A stretch of DNA of 63,135 bases, the filler included, from Platydemus manokwari (lineage: Eukaryota), in NCBI GenBank assembly GCA_037951405.1. It is 6 parts of 6 records of this genome, joined end to end, with 100 filler letters (N's around TTAATTAATTAA, not from the genome) between each part and the next. Parts side by side here need not be neighbours in the genome. Positions count along the whole stretch, not along the records: positions 27,285 to 41,881 come from JBBMOY011434756.1; 5 more parts are not named here. One strand, 5' to 3'. Below the pieces are notes generated by a model, which was not told the origin of the DNA, searched no databases, and worked only from the letters and a program-made list of their open reading frames with translations. Shown one piece after another: positions 29,001-41,881 of this stretch. The position numbers were made by a program, and so were the translations under genes. The stretch's first letter is position 1. Each line of letters opens with the position of its first letter.

Positions 29001-29286
29001 AAACCCTCGAAAGATTTGAATGCAAAGTTGTAAGTCGCATATAGATATGATTTCGCTAATTTTCATAATTTTACGGCAGTGGAAATCGGTTATTTGCTCC
29101 AATAGCTTGCTGATCAAAAATAACTTAAAAGTTTTAACGTCTGATCCAATGAATTCGCATGTAATTTAAAACTGTTATTCAGCCAAATTACTACCTCATT
29201 CGTGAACCCTGAGATGAATATCATTGTGGACTAATATACAAACAACTCAGTAGTATAAACAAATTCCAATACGAATGTGTTATTAT

Positions 29287-29779
29287 TGTTACGATAATTA
29301 CTAAGGCTGAATACTCAAAGTTGTAATTGTAAAATGACATTTCGTACAAATTTTATAAGATTGTAAATGCACTATGCTCAAATATTGAAAATCAAAATTA
29401 CTAAGAAGAACTAAAGTCAAATGTCGAATCACAAATGGTTCAGAACCTTGCGTCTTAAAATTAACCACAGAAACTATCGACCATAAAGACTGGCAGTTGC
29501 CTTTGAGAGACAGCTCCTTTTATAGATTTGTTGTGTACGCTGAACTGTTGTCTTGCATCTCTTCAAACCGGCTAAAGACCAGATTAATGACAATTTTTCT
29601 TTTATTATGGTGCATTTCGTTGTTCATCGCTTGTTATTGGACAGCGCCAATAGACGATTAAAATCCAATCAAAAATTAATGATTTTAAGGCATATGATTG
29701 TTTACTGAAACGTGAATTAATTGTGACTCCGTGCATTGCATCTTTGATAGTTGTTCTGATGATTGTGAGTTGTTATACA
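29287..29779 (-). mobile_element. Solo-LTR-like repeat (boundaries approximate)
   Basis: Starts TGTTACGATA as in the 19988 copy, has a central CTCCTTTTATAGA, and shows the same compositional switch. Confidence 0.4.
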
Positions 29780-30852
29780 CGTAAAATAATTATAAAATCT
29801 ATTAATCTCAGAAAATTAGAACTTCTAATTTATTCTTTTATCATCAAAGCTTACTCCAGCTCTGAGAGGCATAGATATGATATCATTATTTCTCTAGAAT
29901 AATGAGTGTAGTTATACATGTTAAATTTATAAAATGGGTATTATAGAATACTTTTATTTGAATTTGTTAATCATAATTATTTTTACTACTCGATGAACTC
30001 AGGGAGCGCTTACTGCATGCTACATTGTTTTTCACCTATTTCACCGACTATTATTCTTTGATTGATCTAGTACCTTCAAAGTCGGTTTCTGGTACCATAA
30101 TAGCTAAGTTGGAAAATTATACTCATTTGGGAGAAAATCTTTTAAAGAGTCAATATAGACATAACTAACAGATGCTATCGGAATGACACCAGTCAGTCAA
30201 TTAGATTAACTGCTTTGTTGATAGCAAATAATTTTATCAATTTTTATTTTATGGTAAATGCGAAGAAAATGATAATATAAATTAAATTGCACTAGATCTA
30301 AGCAGAAATATGTCAAAAATATCATATCGTTTTCTAAAATGAAGAATTTATCAATATTCTTGCTATCAATCCGTGGTTGCCGAAATTTAGCGTCTTAATA
30401 AGTAAACAGTTTACATTTAGACAAAATCATTACGAGGATTCATTTCAAAACATAAAATGAATATATAAATAATGCTTATATTTCATTCTAAGTTCTAATA
30501 ATATTTTTCATATACATATATTAACATAATATTTCAGTCCGGATCAATGTAAATATAATTCTAAGCGCATTCAGATTTTGAAGCAAATAGTTAGACTTAG
30601 ATTTTATTTATTTCATTTTAATTAAGTGACGCATAACAGTACTAAATATATAAAAAATCGAAATTAGATTTTTCTCTAAATAAATAATATTTAAAAAATA
30701 ATATTCATTTAATTATATTTTAGTTTTTTCTTCAAATATAATTATCCAAACTTATATAAGTCAACACAATAAAATTAAATTGTGTTTTAATAAATAAAAT
30801 GTTGACATTTTTTCTGATAATTTAATTACGTGATATTTTTCAATTTTCCATT

Positions 30853-31845
30853 ATGTCTATGATTATGAGGTTGGCTTTATTGTAAATTGTTTATCAAATA
30901 TATTACGTAATAATATATTAAAGTCTTAAATATGGCACTTTTAAAAATGGATTACATCAATATCGTAATATGTTTAATCCTTACACTTCACAAGTTCTTA
31001 GATATTGTTGTGGAAGTGGTGATAAAGTGAAATTGAGAGCTCAAACTGAGATGCAAAATTATTGGGAAAAAAATTTAAAAGGTCCTAGACCTTATTCACC
31101 ACATCTATTGATATACAAAATGGAACTACCAATGCTAACATCTCTTCTTCATAGAGGATCTGGAATAGCAATGGCAATTGGTGAGCTTTGAAATGATAAT
31201 GAATTGAACGTATGAAAGTATCTAAACAAAAATTCGTACTGTACGAGCTGTTTTAATGAATAATTTGATGTTTTTATATTATTTAGCTTGGGCTGGCATT
31301 GGGATCGGAGGGTTTTTCTACACCGGGCATTATGATGAAATGATAAATTTTATTTCCAACATGCATTTCGCAGCTCCAATTTTGTTTGGTGCGAAATTTA
31401 TTATGTGTTGGCCACTGATTTTCCATTACATTAATGGAATGAGGCATTTGGTAATTGTTAATATCTGTTATAACTTCTGCATTGTCAATGATTTTGGGAG
31501 CGGATTTATTTCGATACTTGGTGCAATATATTTCCAGATAATATTCACATTATTTTCCTTTATTGATTATTATAAATATATAATTTTAATTTATTATAAA
31601 TATTATATTTATTAATATTATTACGATTCATTATCTCTCCATTTGAGTTCAATGTTAAAAGAAAGGAATTCTTTTGAATTTTGTAATGCTACTCCAACAC
31701 TGAACGCATTGATAACATTTCTTTCCAGGCCTATGATGCAGCACTGGGATTCGAGGTGAAAACCACAATGACAACCGGTTATATCGCTCTGGCTGTCTCT
31801 TTTATAATTGCTACATTGTTTGCTTCAATAAAATTGTCAGCATAA
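30853..31845 (+). CDS. SDHC: Succinate dehydrogenase cytochrome b560 subunit; exons 30853-30869, 30924-31180, 31287-31450, 31729-31845
   Basis: Motifs 'RPYSPHLLIYK', 'SLLHRGSG' and 'FHYINGMRHL-AYD'. All introns are GT-AG and phase-compatible; stop TAA at 31843-31845. Exon 1 is the least certain. Confidence 0.95.
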
Positions 31846-32952
31846 TTTATTTGAGGTCGAATAATTAATAATAGTTATATATAACTGTTTATAAATTGAT
31901 TTGATTTCCCTTATTTGAATTTGAAAATTTTAATTGTTTATGCTTGATTAATTTTATACACAAAATCGTTTATTTGAGTTTTATTATTATAAATGCTCGA
32001 AACTTTTTTGCTCTTTATTGTGTAGGCAATTGATTATCGATTTAAAACCATTTGAATAGACCAATGTTGTTAATTGTTGTGTAGCAGATAATCTGTATGT
32101 GATCTTATATTCCTTGTTTTCGTCATTTTAATATTTGAAAGTTGGAAGTACTTCACGGATTAGTGGAATGGTCGATACATATTTTATCCAAGAGATCTCG
32201 GTTTAAAATACATGACCATATCGGTATGAAAACATGATGAATTTTCGGCATATAATATTCATCTAATTATTGTTTTATAAGATCAACTTTTCATTTTCTA
32301 TAAATATTATTTTTTAAAATGAATTTTTTTAACAATTAAAATGAAGTCAGTATATGAATCTTGTGATCTTTGTAAGAAATTATTAATATATCAGTCATTA
32401 GGGCTTTACAAATCTGCTTTCTTTTAAATATTTATATGTAGATAATGTCGATTTATAACATTTAATAATAGCAAGTTGAAATGAGGCTTTGTTTTTGTAT
32501 AATTTCATGTCAAACAAATGTTATTTTATTGAATTTTTAATTAACATTATTTATAAAAAGGTTTATAAAGACAATAACTTAACCATGATTGTTGTTTTAT
32601 TAAAACAAAACATCAGCACAACTTTATTATGCAATGCTGAACTTTATCTTTAAATTAAATATTAAAATGGTTTTAAATCGATGGCAGTTTGTTTTTTATG
32701 AAATTGATTGAGTACTATATACGGTTGGGGTTTTTATGTTAAGTGATGTTTATGAAATTCAACAACGTGAGTTATTAATGATAAATTTATATTTGATAGA
32801 TACGAAGGTTAAATTAAAAACATGAATTAATTTTTTAAAAACTTATTTAATATGACAAAATGAAACACGGAGATTATTTAGTGCTATGAAGTTATTTGGT
32901 ACAGTTATCTTATTGAGATCAGAAAACGTGTTAATGTTTTTAATGAGTTTAA

Positions 32953-33022
32953 CACATTGACGAACAGTAGCAACAAATGAAGTTCGAAATTGACAGTTAT
33001 AGACGCATTGTCCGTCAACGTG
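32953..33022. mobile_element. 70-bp TTAA-flanked mini-MITE (piggyBac-like)
   Basis: TTAA-CACATTGACGAAC ... GTCCGTCAACGTG-TTAA: a 13-bp terminal inverted repeat with 2 mismatches and TTAA on both sides. Confidence 0.55.
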
Positions 33023-36000
33023 TTAAAAATATTTTTTAAAGTTTGCTTAATTTTTATTCACAAAGGTCAAGTTATTTTGGCGAGTTAAATTTTCATTATA
33101 AATTACAGTTTTATTAAAAAATATTATAGTTTTCTTTATTATTAATTTTTTCTGATTTCGTTGTCGGAAGATATCAAATATGTGTGATTAATTATTATTT
33201 CCTTTTTATCTCGAATTTCAAGCTTTCACACGAATTCAAACTCTGAGATTTTCTTAAAGATTTAAGAATGTTTTATTGTTGTTCGCGTCAAATTATGTAG
33301 CAATTGATTTTGCGTACTTTAAATCGACGACCATTTAGAAAATTATATCATTTCAGTACTTTGCACCGCTATTCTAATCTTTAAGCTTAAAATTTTATTC
33401 GATCCATAAAAGTCATTTTTTACAAAGACCAAAGTTATTTTTAGAGAATTTAAATTTAAATATTTTAATAGAATCGTTGGGGTCCATTGCATATTAACTA
33501 AAAAATCTAGTGATTTTAAAATATTCAATAATGTTTAAAAATATTAACTAAATATAAATGTGTTGTTTATTGTATAAATTTTTTATATTGTATAAAACTT
33601 TAACAAAAGATGTTACGGTTTAATAATTAACATTTAAATAATTAATAAAGAACTTAATTTTTGAAATAAATGTTAATTTTCCAAAATAAGTAATTTTTAT
33701 TGAAAAATTATAATTTAATGGAAAATAATAATTCTGTAATTATAATAGAAAATTTATGTAACAAAATGATAATACCAAATCCCCGAAAATTTAAATAACT
33801 TTATAAAATAAAATAAATAATGGCCAACGTGAGACAAAACGTATAAATAAGGGTTAAAATTATTACAGTTTTACCATTGTTACTATCTGGAAATTACTAT
33901 TTAAGAAGACATTGACGGACACTTTTCAAGCATCATTTCCTATAAACTTATTACTATTATATATCTATTGTTTATCTTCAGGTATTTGGATTTTTGGTCC
34001 AAGAGAGTGAATTTTATTACACGCAATATTTTGTTTAGATTTTGTTAACGTTTTCGTAATAGGTTTAGTTATATAATGTAATTTTAAAATCAACGTTAAT
34101 TTTAATTTTTATATTCGTTGTAACTAATGTATTAATCAATAAAACATGGTGTATTCAAGTGTTTATTGATCGAGAATTTAATAATAAATTGTACTAGGAT
34201 CTTAGTTGACTACTTGTCTAATAGTGAAATTGATGATACGATACGTAGGATCATCATCGCCACATGTATTAGCTTTAGTTTGATCTAGTAATCCCAAAAT
34301 AAATTTAAATGAAAATAATTAAAAATATTAAGAACCGAACACAACAGAATTATTAATGTTTGAAGTAATCATAAATGTTCCCAGAATCACGAATGGTAAA
34401 TGTTCAATTAAATTCAAATTGTATACGATTCAATTGAATTGGGTTTTGAAGATTGGGATTTGAGTTGGAATTTTCTTCAGCTGTATACTCCTGTCCCTCA
34501 CTTTATTTTTCTTTGGTTCTTCCCAGCGCTTTTTCAGACTGGATCATTGTTTTCATGTTTGCTTTTCAAATTTTATCAACTGATATTTATTTGAGGTCAT
34601 TACATATCTTGCATCCTTTGTCCTGGTTTTTTTCCTTTTCATTATCGAAATCGACTTACCATCATGGATATTTTTATTATAAATTTTCTGTTTTAAATTT
34701 CTTATACAATTTTTTATTTAATGATTTTAGTAGATATACAAATCAGTGTTTGATGGTGTTTTATCAAATAATCTATCAATTTAATTAATTGTGTCGCTGA
34801 TATTTTATAATATGAGCGAACTTATAAAGTGAAGTAGAGTATATCATTAAATATTAGCAATATAAAGAATTAAATATGAAAATAAGTTGATGAAATGTTG
34901 TTAATTGAATAATAACTAATTGGTAATGATTTAAGAAATTACAAATAAATGTTATGATTTTAAACGTAAAATTGTGAAATAAAATCTATTATTAACTATA
35001 AACAGAGACACATCGTGAAAACCCACTTTAGAAAATTATTATCAGACCATATATTTTATTATTTAGTTATCAGAGGGGCTGTCTTATTGTATTTTAGACT
35101 AATTGTGCGATAATAATTACTGGATATTCTAGTAACATGCAGGAGTAGATTTTGAGCCCGTAATCCTACAATGTACACGGTTATGTCTCATTTTATTGAA
35201 TAATGTATTGTTAACTACTATTTGAGTGAAATATTTGAATCACAATTAATAGCTATTATCTACCTTAAACATACCCTTAATTAATGAGCTGTTAGATAAT
35301 GAGATTTTTAAGAAATAAATATCGAGAACCATCCAACTCGTTCTTGATTGAAAATATCCGAAATTTACTCAATCCGATGCACTGGCAGTTTATCATCAAA
35401 ATATTTTTGTATTTTATTTTGAAAGGGTTTTTCGTAACGTTTTCTGGGAATTTTAATTCGATGAGATAAAATTGGATGAAAATTTATAAAAATGTTATTT
35501 AAATAAACATGGAAGATTTTAAAATTAGAAATTCAAAACAGTGTGAAATATTTTGTCACATTGATAGTCATTTCCCATGTTATTCTTTGATTATTTTCTC
35601 TTAGCTTCTATTATTTGCCGAAAGCAATGCTGCATTATTGATATATCCATTATGATAATGTGATATATTATTGATGTTTATGAACTGTTCTCACATTGAG
35701 TCATAGTGTTCGGATCTTTGAATAATAGGAAAATTGGTCACAGTATATACTAGCTAATGGTTTAACTATCGGCCTCATGAGGCTAATTTCATTCCGAGGA
35801 TGCATTGAAACTGTATTTAGTGGAATAAATGATTTATATGAGATAAATATAAAATTACAGCAATAATATTTTAAAATTATCACTTGAGAGACTAAAAATA
35901 TCAGCTGATATTTGGAGAATGTTCTTGTAGATTTCATCCTTTATAAATGTTAATAAATGTCTTTCAGATTTCAATGCCATCATGAACTGTGCTGAAAAAA

Positions 36001-37982
36001 ATTACAAACACAAAGCCAATAAATAATTTGTCAGATAATGAATTTCATTAATAGAACTGCTGTGAAATACAATAAAGTTATTTCGAGAAATAATGATTGA
36101 TGGTTTTACCAAAACACTGTCTCATCCATTTATGATGTTTTCCATATATATGATCTCGGTAGGTGAAGAAATTCGAATTTGATATGAATTGCTAAATGCC
36201 AACAACTGTCTTTAATCAGCTTTTCTCCATTTTTCCCCATTTATCAGAAATTTTATTCCAAATGAAGGAGAAATATGAGATAAACATTGACTTGTCTGGG
36301 AATTATCGATTCCAGTTACAAGTACTTGTCGAATGAATAAAAGTAACAAAAATTTTATCACTGATTTCGTCCTGATTATGATTTATGATATGAAAGGGGA
36401 AAAATTGAAGAAAAAACATATAAACAAGAAGAATTATTCTCAAAATGATTCAGAAATGTCGAATAATGAGATGAACGCAATTACAACATTGAACTGCAAT
36501 CATGCGTCCTTAAATGGTAGCACAATATGGATTCTATTAAAACTATTTAGAAATATTTTTTACAGCCTAATTGTCGACAGTCGCACTAAAGATAGACAGA
36601 CACGTTAATTTTAAACAAAATCAGAATGTGTTAGATAAAAAAATAATTCTGATAAAAGTCATACATTTTTCCATCAATTTCCCCTTGCTGCAGCAATATA
36701 TAAGAAAAAACGAAACGAAAATATCATCATTGGGAAATACTTTAATAACCGTCGAAATGCGGAGAAATAAATATAATTACGAAAACTATTTAGCCGTACA
36801 AAGACCGGCGCAATCTTTAAATATTTCTTTCAAACCATTATCTTGATAATGATGGGATTCTCGAAACAAGAAATGTAATTTATTTCTCACTGCATTCTTC
36901 AGGAAGTTGAATTATGAAGTTTCTTTTAATTTTTCATTTGGGACTCTCGCATGAATGTCTAATGGATAAATTTTTACGCTGGTTTATTAAAAGAGGATAT
37001 GCGATAATGGGTTTGTTAGTGAGGGCAAATCTGTAGAGATTGAGAGAATTATGATTAATATGAAGATTTGAAAGGATTTCATAGAATTTTTGATCAATGG
37101 GAAGTAATGAAAACATAGACTACAATTAATTAAATGACCTCCTTATTAAAACAAATATGTGAAATAATAACGGAATAAAGTGCGTAAGATTTCAACTCAT
37201 TAACTTTCATCGAGGAAGCAGGATTAATAATTATAGTGATAACCTATTGAGACTAGGGATAATATTTTGAATTGTATGCCCTTTAGCACACACAAGAAAA
37301 TAAATGAACCAAATTTTCTTTTAATATCTCGTTATCCGATTCAGAAAAAACTATGACATTACATCAATTAAAGAAATGAAATTCTGCTTAATCCATACTT
37401 AAATTAGCACGAATGGCTAACAATGCCATGAGGTATTTTATATAGAAATGAAGCACGTTTTGAGAATTGGATTTGGGCAAAGTCCATTTCTATAACCGTC
37501 ACTAATATATCACCATCGTCCATTAAAACAACAAATTAATTCCATTTCCCAATACAAAATCACTTCTAAAATCCAATATCTTACCGATAAAATGGAAAAA
37601 AACTGGCAGTATTTTTCTCCAGAGATATCCCTTGTGTCGGCAAAGCTCAGCAGAAGAAAGCAATGAATTATTGTTTTCAAACTGATTATCGCATTGTAAA
37701 ATCCACATCAAATCTGAATTGAATTGATATTGTGTAAAATCTGCGAATAATATCGAATTAATTTGATATATAATGATGACGTAACAAATTATTTTAAAAG
37801 CCAATAAAATCAACTGTAATCAATTTGAGTTCGAATAAGAAAATTTATCAGGCAATTATGAAAAACAATTCGAATTTAAAATTGATAAAACTGTTGATGT
37901 AAACAAACGGTGTAAACAAAAATATTAACAACGATTTTTAGAATTTCCTTCGATTTGACGACTGATAGATAATATTTAACTT

Positions 37983-38552
37983 TGTCATTCTGTTTGAGAA
38001 TGATATCAGAAATCATGGTAAGAAACCGTGCACAGTATAATTGCGAATTGTCAAATCATGTGTGAAATTATTCAAGCGTGGAAATTATGGAATATTTATA
38101 TAAGGATATAAATCTATGACAGCCAATCAGATTGTTTTTAATATTAATCCATATTTAGAAGTTAAAAATCGACTGGCACATACCAAAATATGGCAGCGTG
38201 CTCAGATATATGCCATTGACACAAGAGATGCAAGGAAAATTACAAGCATATCTATTTACGAACGAATTCAGCAAATGAAAAAACGAAACTCCGGGACATC
38301 AAACAGACACACTCGATAGGTCTATAAAAGAGGTTGGATTCCATGAGTAATCTGTGTTGACATGATTTTCAACAGCCAGTGTTTTTGGTTGTTTTCGATT
38401 CTCTGTTTGACTTTAGGGTGCAAATCCCTTCTTGTATGATAATTTGTTACTTACTTGTGTCACGATTTCGGCTGTATCTGTTCATAATTCAGCTTGTGAT
38501 ATTGTAGTTTAAATTATAATTTTCAGGTTTATTGTCAGTTGATATCCCGACA
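37983..38552 (+). mobile_element. Solo-LTR-like repeat, 570 bp, diverged relative of 13986-14555 in opposite orientation
   Basis: TGTCAT...GACA ends. Blocks CAGCCAATCAGA, AATCGACTGGCACATAC and ATAGGTCTATAAAAGAGGTTG match the reverse complement of the 14 kb copy in the same order. Confidence 0.6.
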
Positions 38553-41500
38553 ATACTTTGATTTTGTAAGCTAAATTTCTGCAATGGAATATTACGTTTA
38601 TTGGATCAAATATATTTTTGATATTTTTTGGAGTTTGGAAATATTATTTTGGTTCTATGAATGAATATTTAACCTCATCTGGAATTACACACTGTATATT
38701 TTATAAATATAATCAGATTCAGAGGCAACGCATGGTTACCGGAACTTTTGACATAATCACTTTCAAACATCTAGTGACACCTCAGGTTTCTGTCAGTTAT
38801 TGCTCTAAGATCAGTTCGATCTGATCAGAACCACAAACAATAGAATCATTATTAATAAATTCAATTATTTTTAAAGTCTGATTATCAGTAATCGATTTTA
38901 TTATTTTATTTCATTATTGCATTCACTGCAGTTGTATTTTATTTATTATCTTTTTGATGAATTCAAAAATAAGTAACAAAGATAAATCAAATGAGTATGA
39001 AAGATAAAGTAAAACAAAATAAACAAGTAAAATACAATGTTAAGAATAAACAAATTAAATGCAATTTGATATTAACTAAAATATGATTACATAAAATAAA
39101 ATTAAACGATATTTAAACAAAATGGAATTAAATTATTATTAATTAAGAACTTGACATTAAAAGTAAAATATTTAAAAGGTTATATTAATTATTAGGGTTA
39201 ACAAAATAGTGCAAATATGGAATTTGCAGATAATAATAACAATTACCGTCTATTTCAGGTTATTAGAATAAATAGATAGAAGGTTCATGCTATAGTAAGT
39301 ATGAACAACAGGATGCACACAGAAGGGATGTGCAAGGTGAAAATAAGTATATAAAGAGCGAGCTTACTCTTTGTTTTACCCATTCAACAAGAAACTTCGA
39401 GAGTAGGATATTATTTGTTGTTATAGTAGCTTGCCCTGCAACAAGTGCAGTTGTACGGAATTACAAGTATTGTAAAAGTATTTTGTTTTGCCATTAGCAG
39501 TGCGCTTATCCGCATAGTAATGTATTGTTGTGTAATTATAACCAGGAGTAAATTCTTAGCTAAGGTATTCAGAAGAGGTATCGGGACTTGGCCCTAATCT
39601 TATTAACATAGCTTTTTAGGGCATTAAGCTCCCTCAGTGTAATTTATGGGAGTGAAGTGTTATACAAATATTTCTTAATCAGAAAGACGTATTTGTTTTT
39701 ACTTATTGTGCACCGGAATTTGAATAGGAGTCAGATTAGGAGAATAAAGCCGAGCCGTTAAGTTAGAGTAGTTCTAACATTAACATTTTAAATTTTTTTA
39801 TGTTTTATATATTTACTAATTTTATTTATTTAGAAATTAACGTCATATGGTGTCATTGAGTACTCCTGCTGGAGTCAGATTATTAATCAACTATAATGTC
39901 ACATTGTTCAGAGATTTTTCCAACTCGTGCATTTACACGTAAAAACTCCAACATTTATTTATTTTTGAAAGAGATCATTTATATTTTCATAAATATATCT
40001 TAATACCTCATGTGGCTTAGCAACAATATTAAGAAAAACGATTGTCACAGAATTGTTCATTTACTGGTGGATTTTCAAATCATGATTATCGAATATTTGT
40101 AATCAACTTCCACTCTTCCATTTAGTCATTGAAGAGTATAGAAAAAGTTATCAATAGACATTCTATGGATTCCATTGGATAAAAATTTCGCTTTTATCGC
40201 ATTGTTTTTATTCACTTTCATTCATAATAGCTATGTTCAAGGTCATTAATCGAAATATAAATCAGTACGGCCTTAATAATTTTCAGATTCTCATTCTACT
40301 ATTTAAATAAATAATTTGTTTTATATTTTCAAAGGTTATTGGAAATGATTTTGACTACCAACAATCGAAAAATATCCCTTCATAGAATTTCGTTGAAAGC
40401 CAATTGGATCTTTACATTGGTTTCGTTCTGGAGTATCTACTTGAATACCCATCATGTAGAACACCCATTTTAAAAATTTAATGAATCTAGTTATTAATTC
40501 AATATTTATTTATTATTTTGTTTATTAAATTCGATCCATGATTTATTTAGCGATAGAATTTTCGATGATCTACTTCATCTATCAATCAACTAAATAATTT
40601 TCGGGGGATTTATTTATTCTGCCTTTTTGATTTTCACACATATATTTAGTACAAATGGTGTTTACCAAATTGTCCTTGAATAATTTCATATAATCGTAAC
40701 AGCTATTGTGAAGTTATCAAACTATTGATAGAAGTATCTTTTTAGAGAGTTACTTATTTGATACCATTTCAGTACCAATTGTCACAGTATGAGACTTTTA
40801 TCTCTCATTGAGATTCTTATTGAGTTGATTCTGTTCTAGAAATCTAATGTTGAATTAAATATTTCGCCATGAATACAATCGAAACGATTTATTTCATGTT
40901 CAAGCATAAAAATCTTATTCATACCCTAGGGGTAATACATATTTTTTCGAAATTATTTAACATTTCTCACAGATATCTTCAATCATTTGATAGCTCATAT
41001 TAAAAATGAATTTAGCCAATGCACTTATAAATAAAATAAAACCCACTTATGGTTTCAAATCAGCACAATCCTCTCAATGATTGTAGTTGGCTATGTTTTG
41101 TTATCTTCAAAGAAATAATGACGAATCACAAGAAGATAAAGATGTGATAATCGGAATAATATTTTTCTCTAATATTAGATATTAATATATTGGTCTGTAT
41201 GACGAATAAAGATTTATAATATCATTGTTTCATTTCTTTCACTCATTAACAAAGGATAAGCAAATTACGCCTCCGAGTTTTATGAGCAAAATCTATTTGA
41301 TTAATTAGAATATATTGAATCTATCCGGTACTAAGAAATTATTTAATTGGGATAAATAGATTTATCATTCATTGAACCCACCAAGTACAGCAGAATGATC
41401 TAATGATCATTTATCCCATGCAATGTTTTACAATGATATCATTATCAACAATCAATCGAGCCACGGAATTGTCATTGAAATATAATTCTATGTTCTATTG

Positions 41501-41754
41501 TTTCGAACTAATTATCTCGAATAAAAATAAAAGCAAACCGAATAGGTATTTAAGTATTTTAATAAAAATATATCTATTTGAGAATAAATTATCAACAAAT
41601 ATTTGTGAAGGATATCGCAATAAACAGAATATCGGTTTTGTTGTTAATGGAAAGGAATTATGCTCACCCATTATCGCTTAAGAGACCTCCTTAGCAGTTT
41701 TGGGAAAGGAGGTCATGTCATATAAAATGATTAATTTCAAGAAAATTAATTATA

Positions 41755-41881
41755 TTAGGTTGGTGCAAAAATAATGGCCTTTTTTAAATTGGCTTTTCAT
41801 TTTTAATATTAAATTGAAGATCTTATGAAAATTATTCATATAATATATCATTTTAAAGCTTTCTTTGTGCTCTGTTGTTTA
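41755..41881 (+). mobile_element. Mariner (cecropia/Hsmar1-like) transposon end, remainder lost in gap
   Basis: TA followed by TTAGGTTGGTGCAAAAATAATGGCCTTTT, close to the Hsmar1/MADE1 terminal inverted repeat TTAGGTTGGTGCAAAAGTAATTGCGGTTTT as I recall it. It runs directly into an N gap. Confidence 0.8.

Noticed and set aside
39290-39620. Possible LINE remnant on the minus strand (YYADK, C-x2-C-like)
   Set aside because: Not a true YADD motif and no sustained frame; too weak to call.
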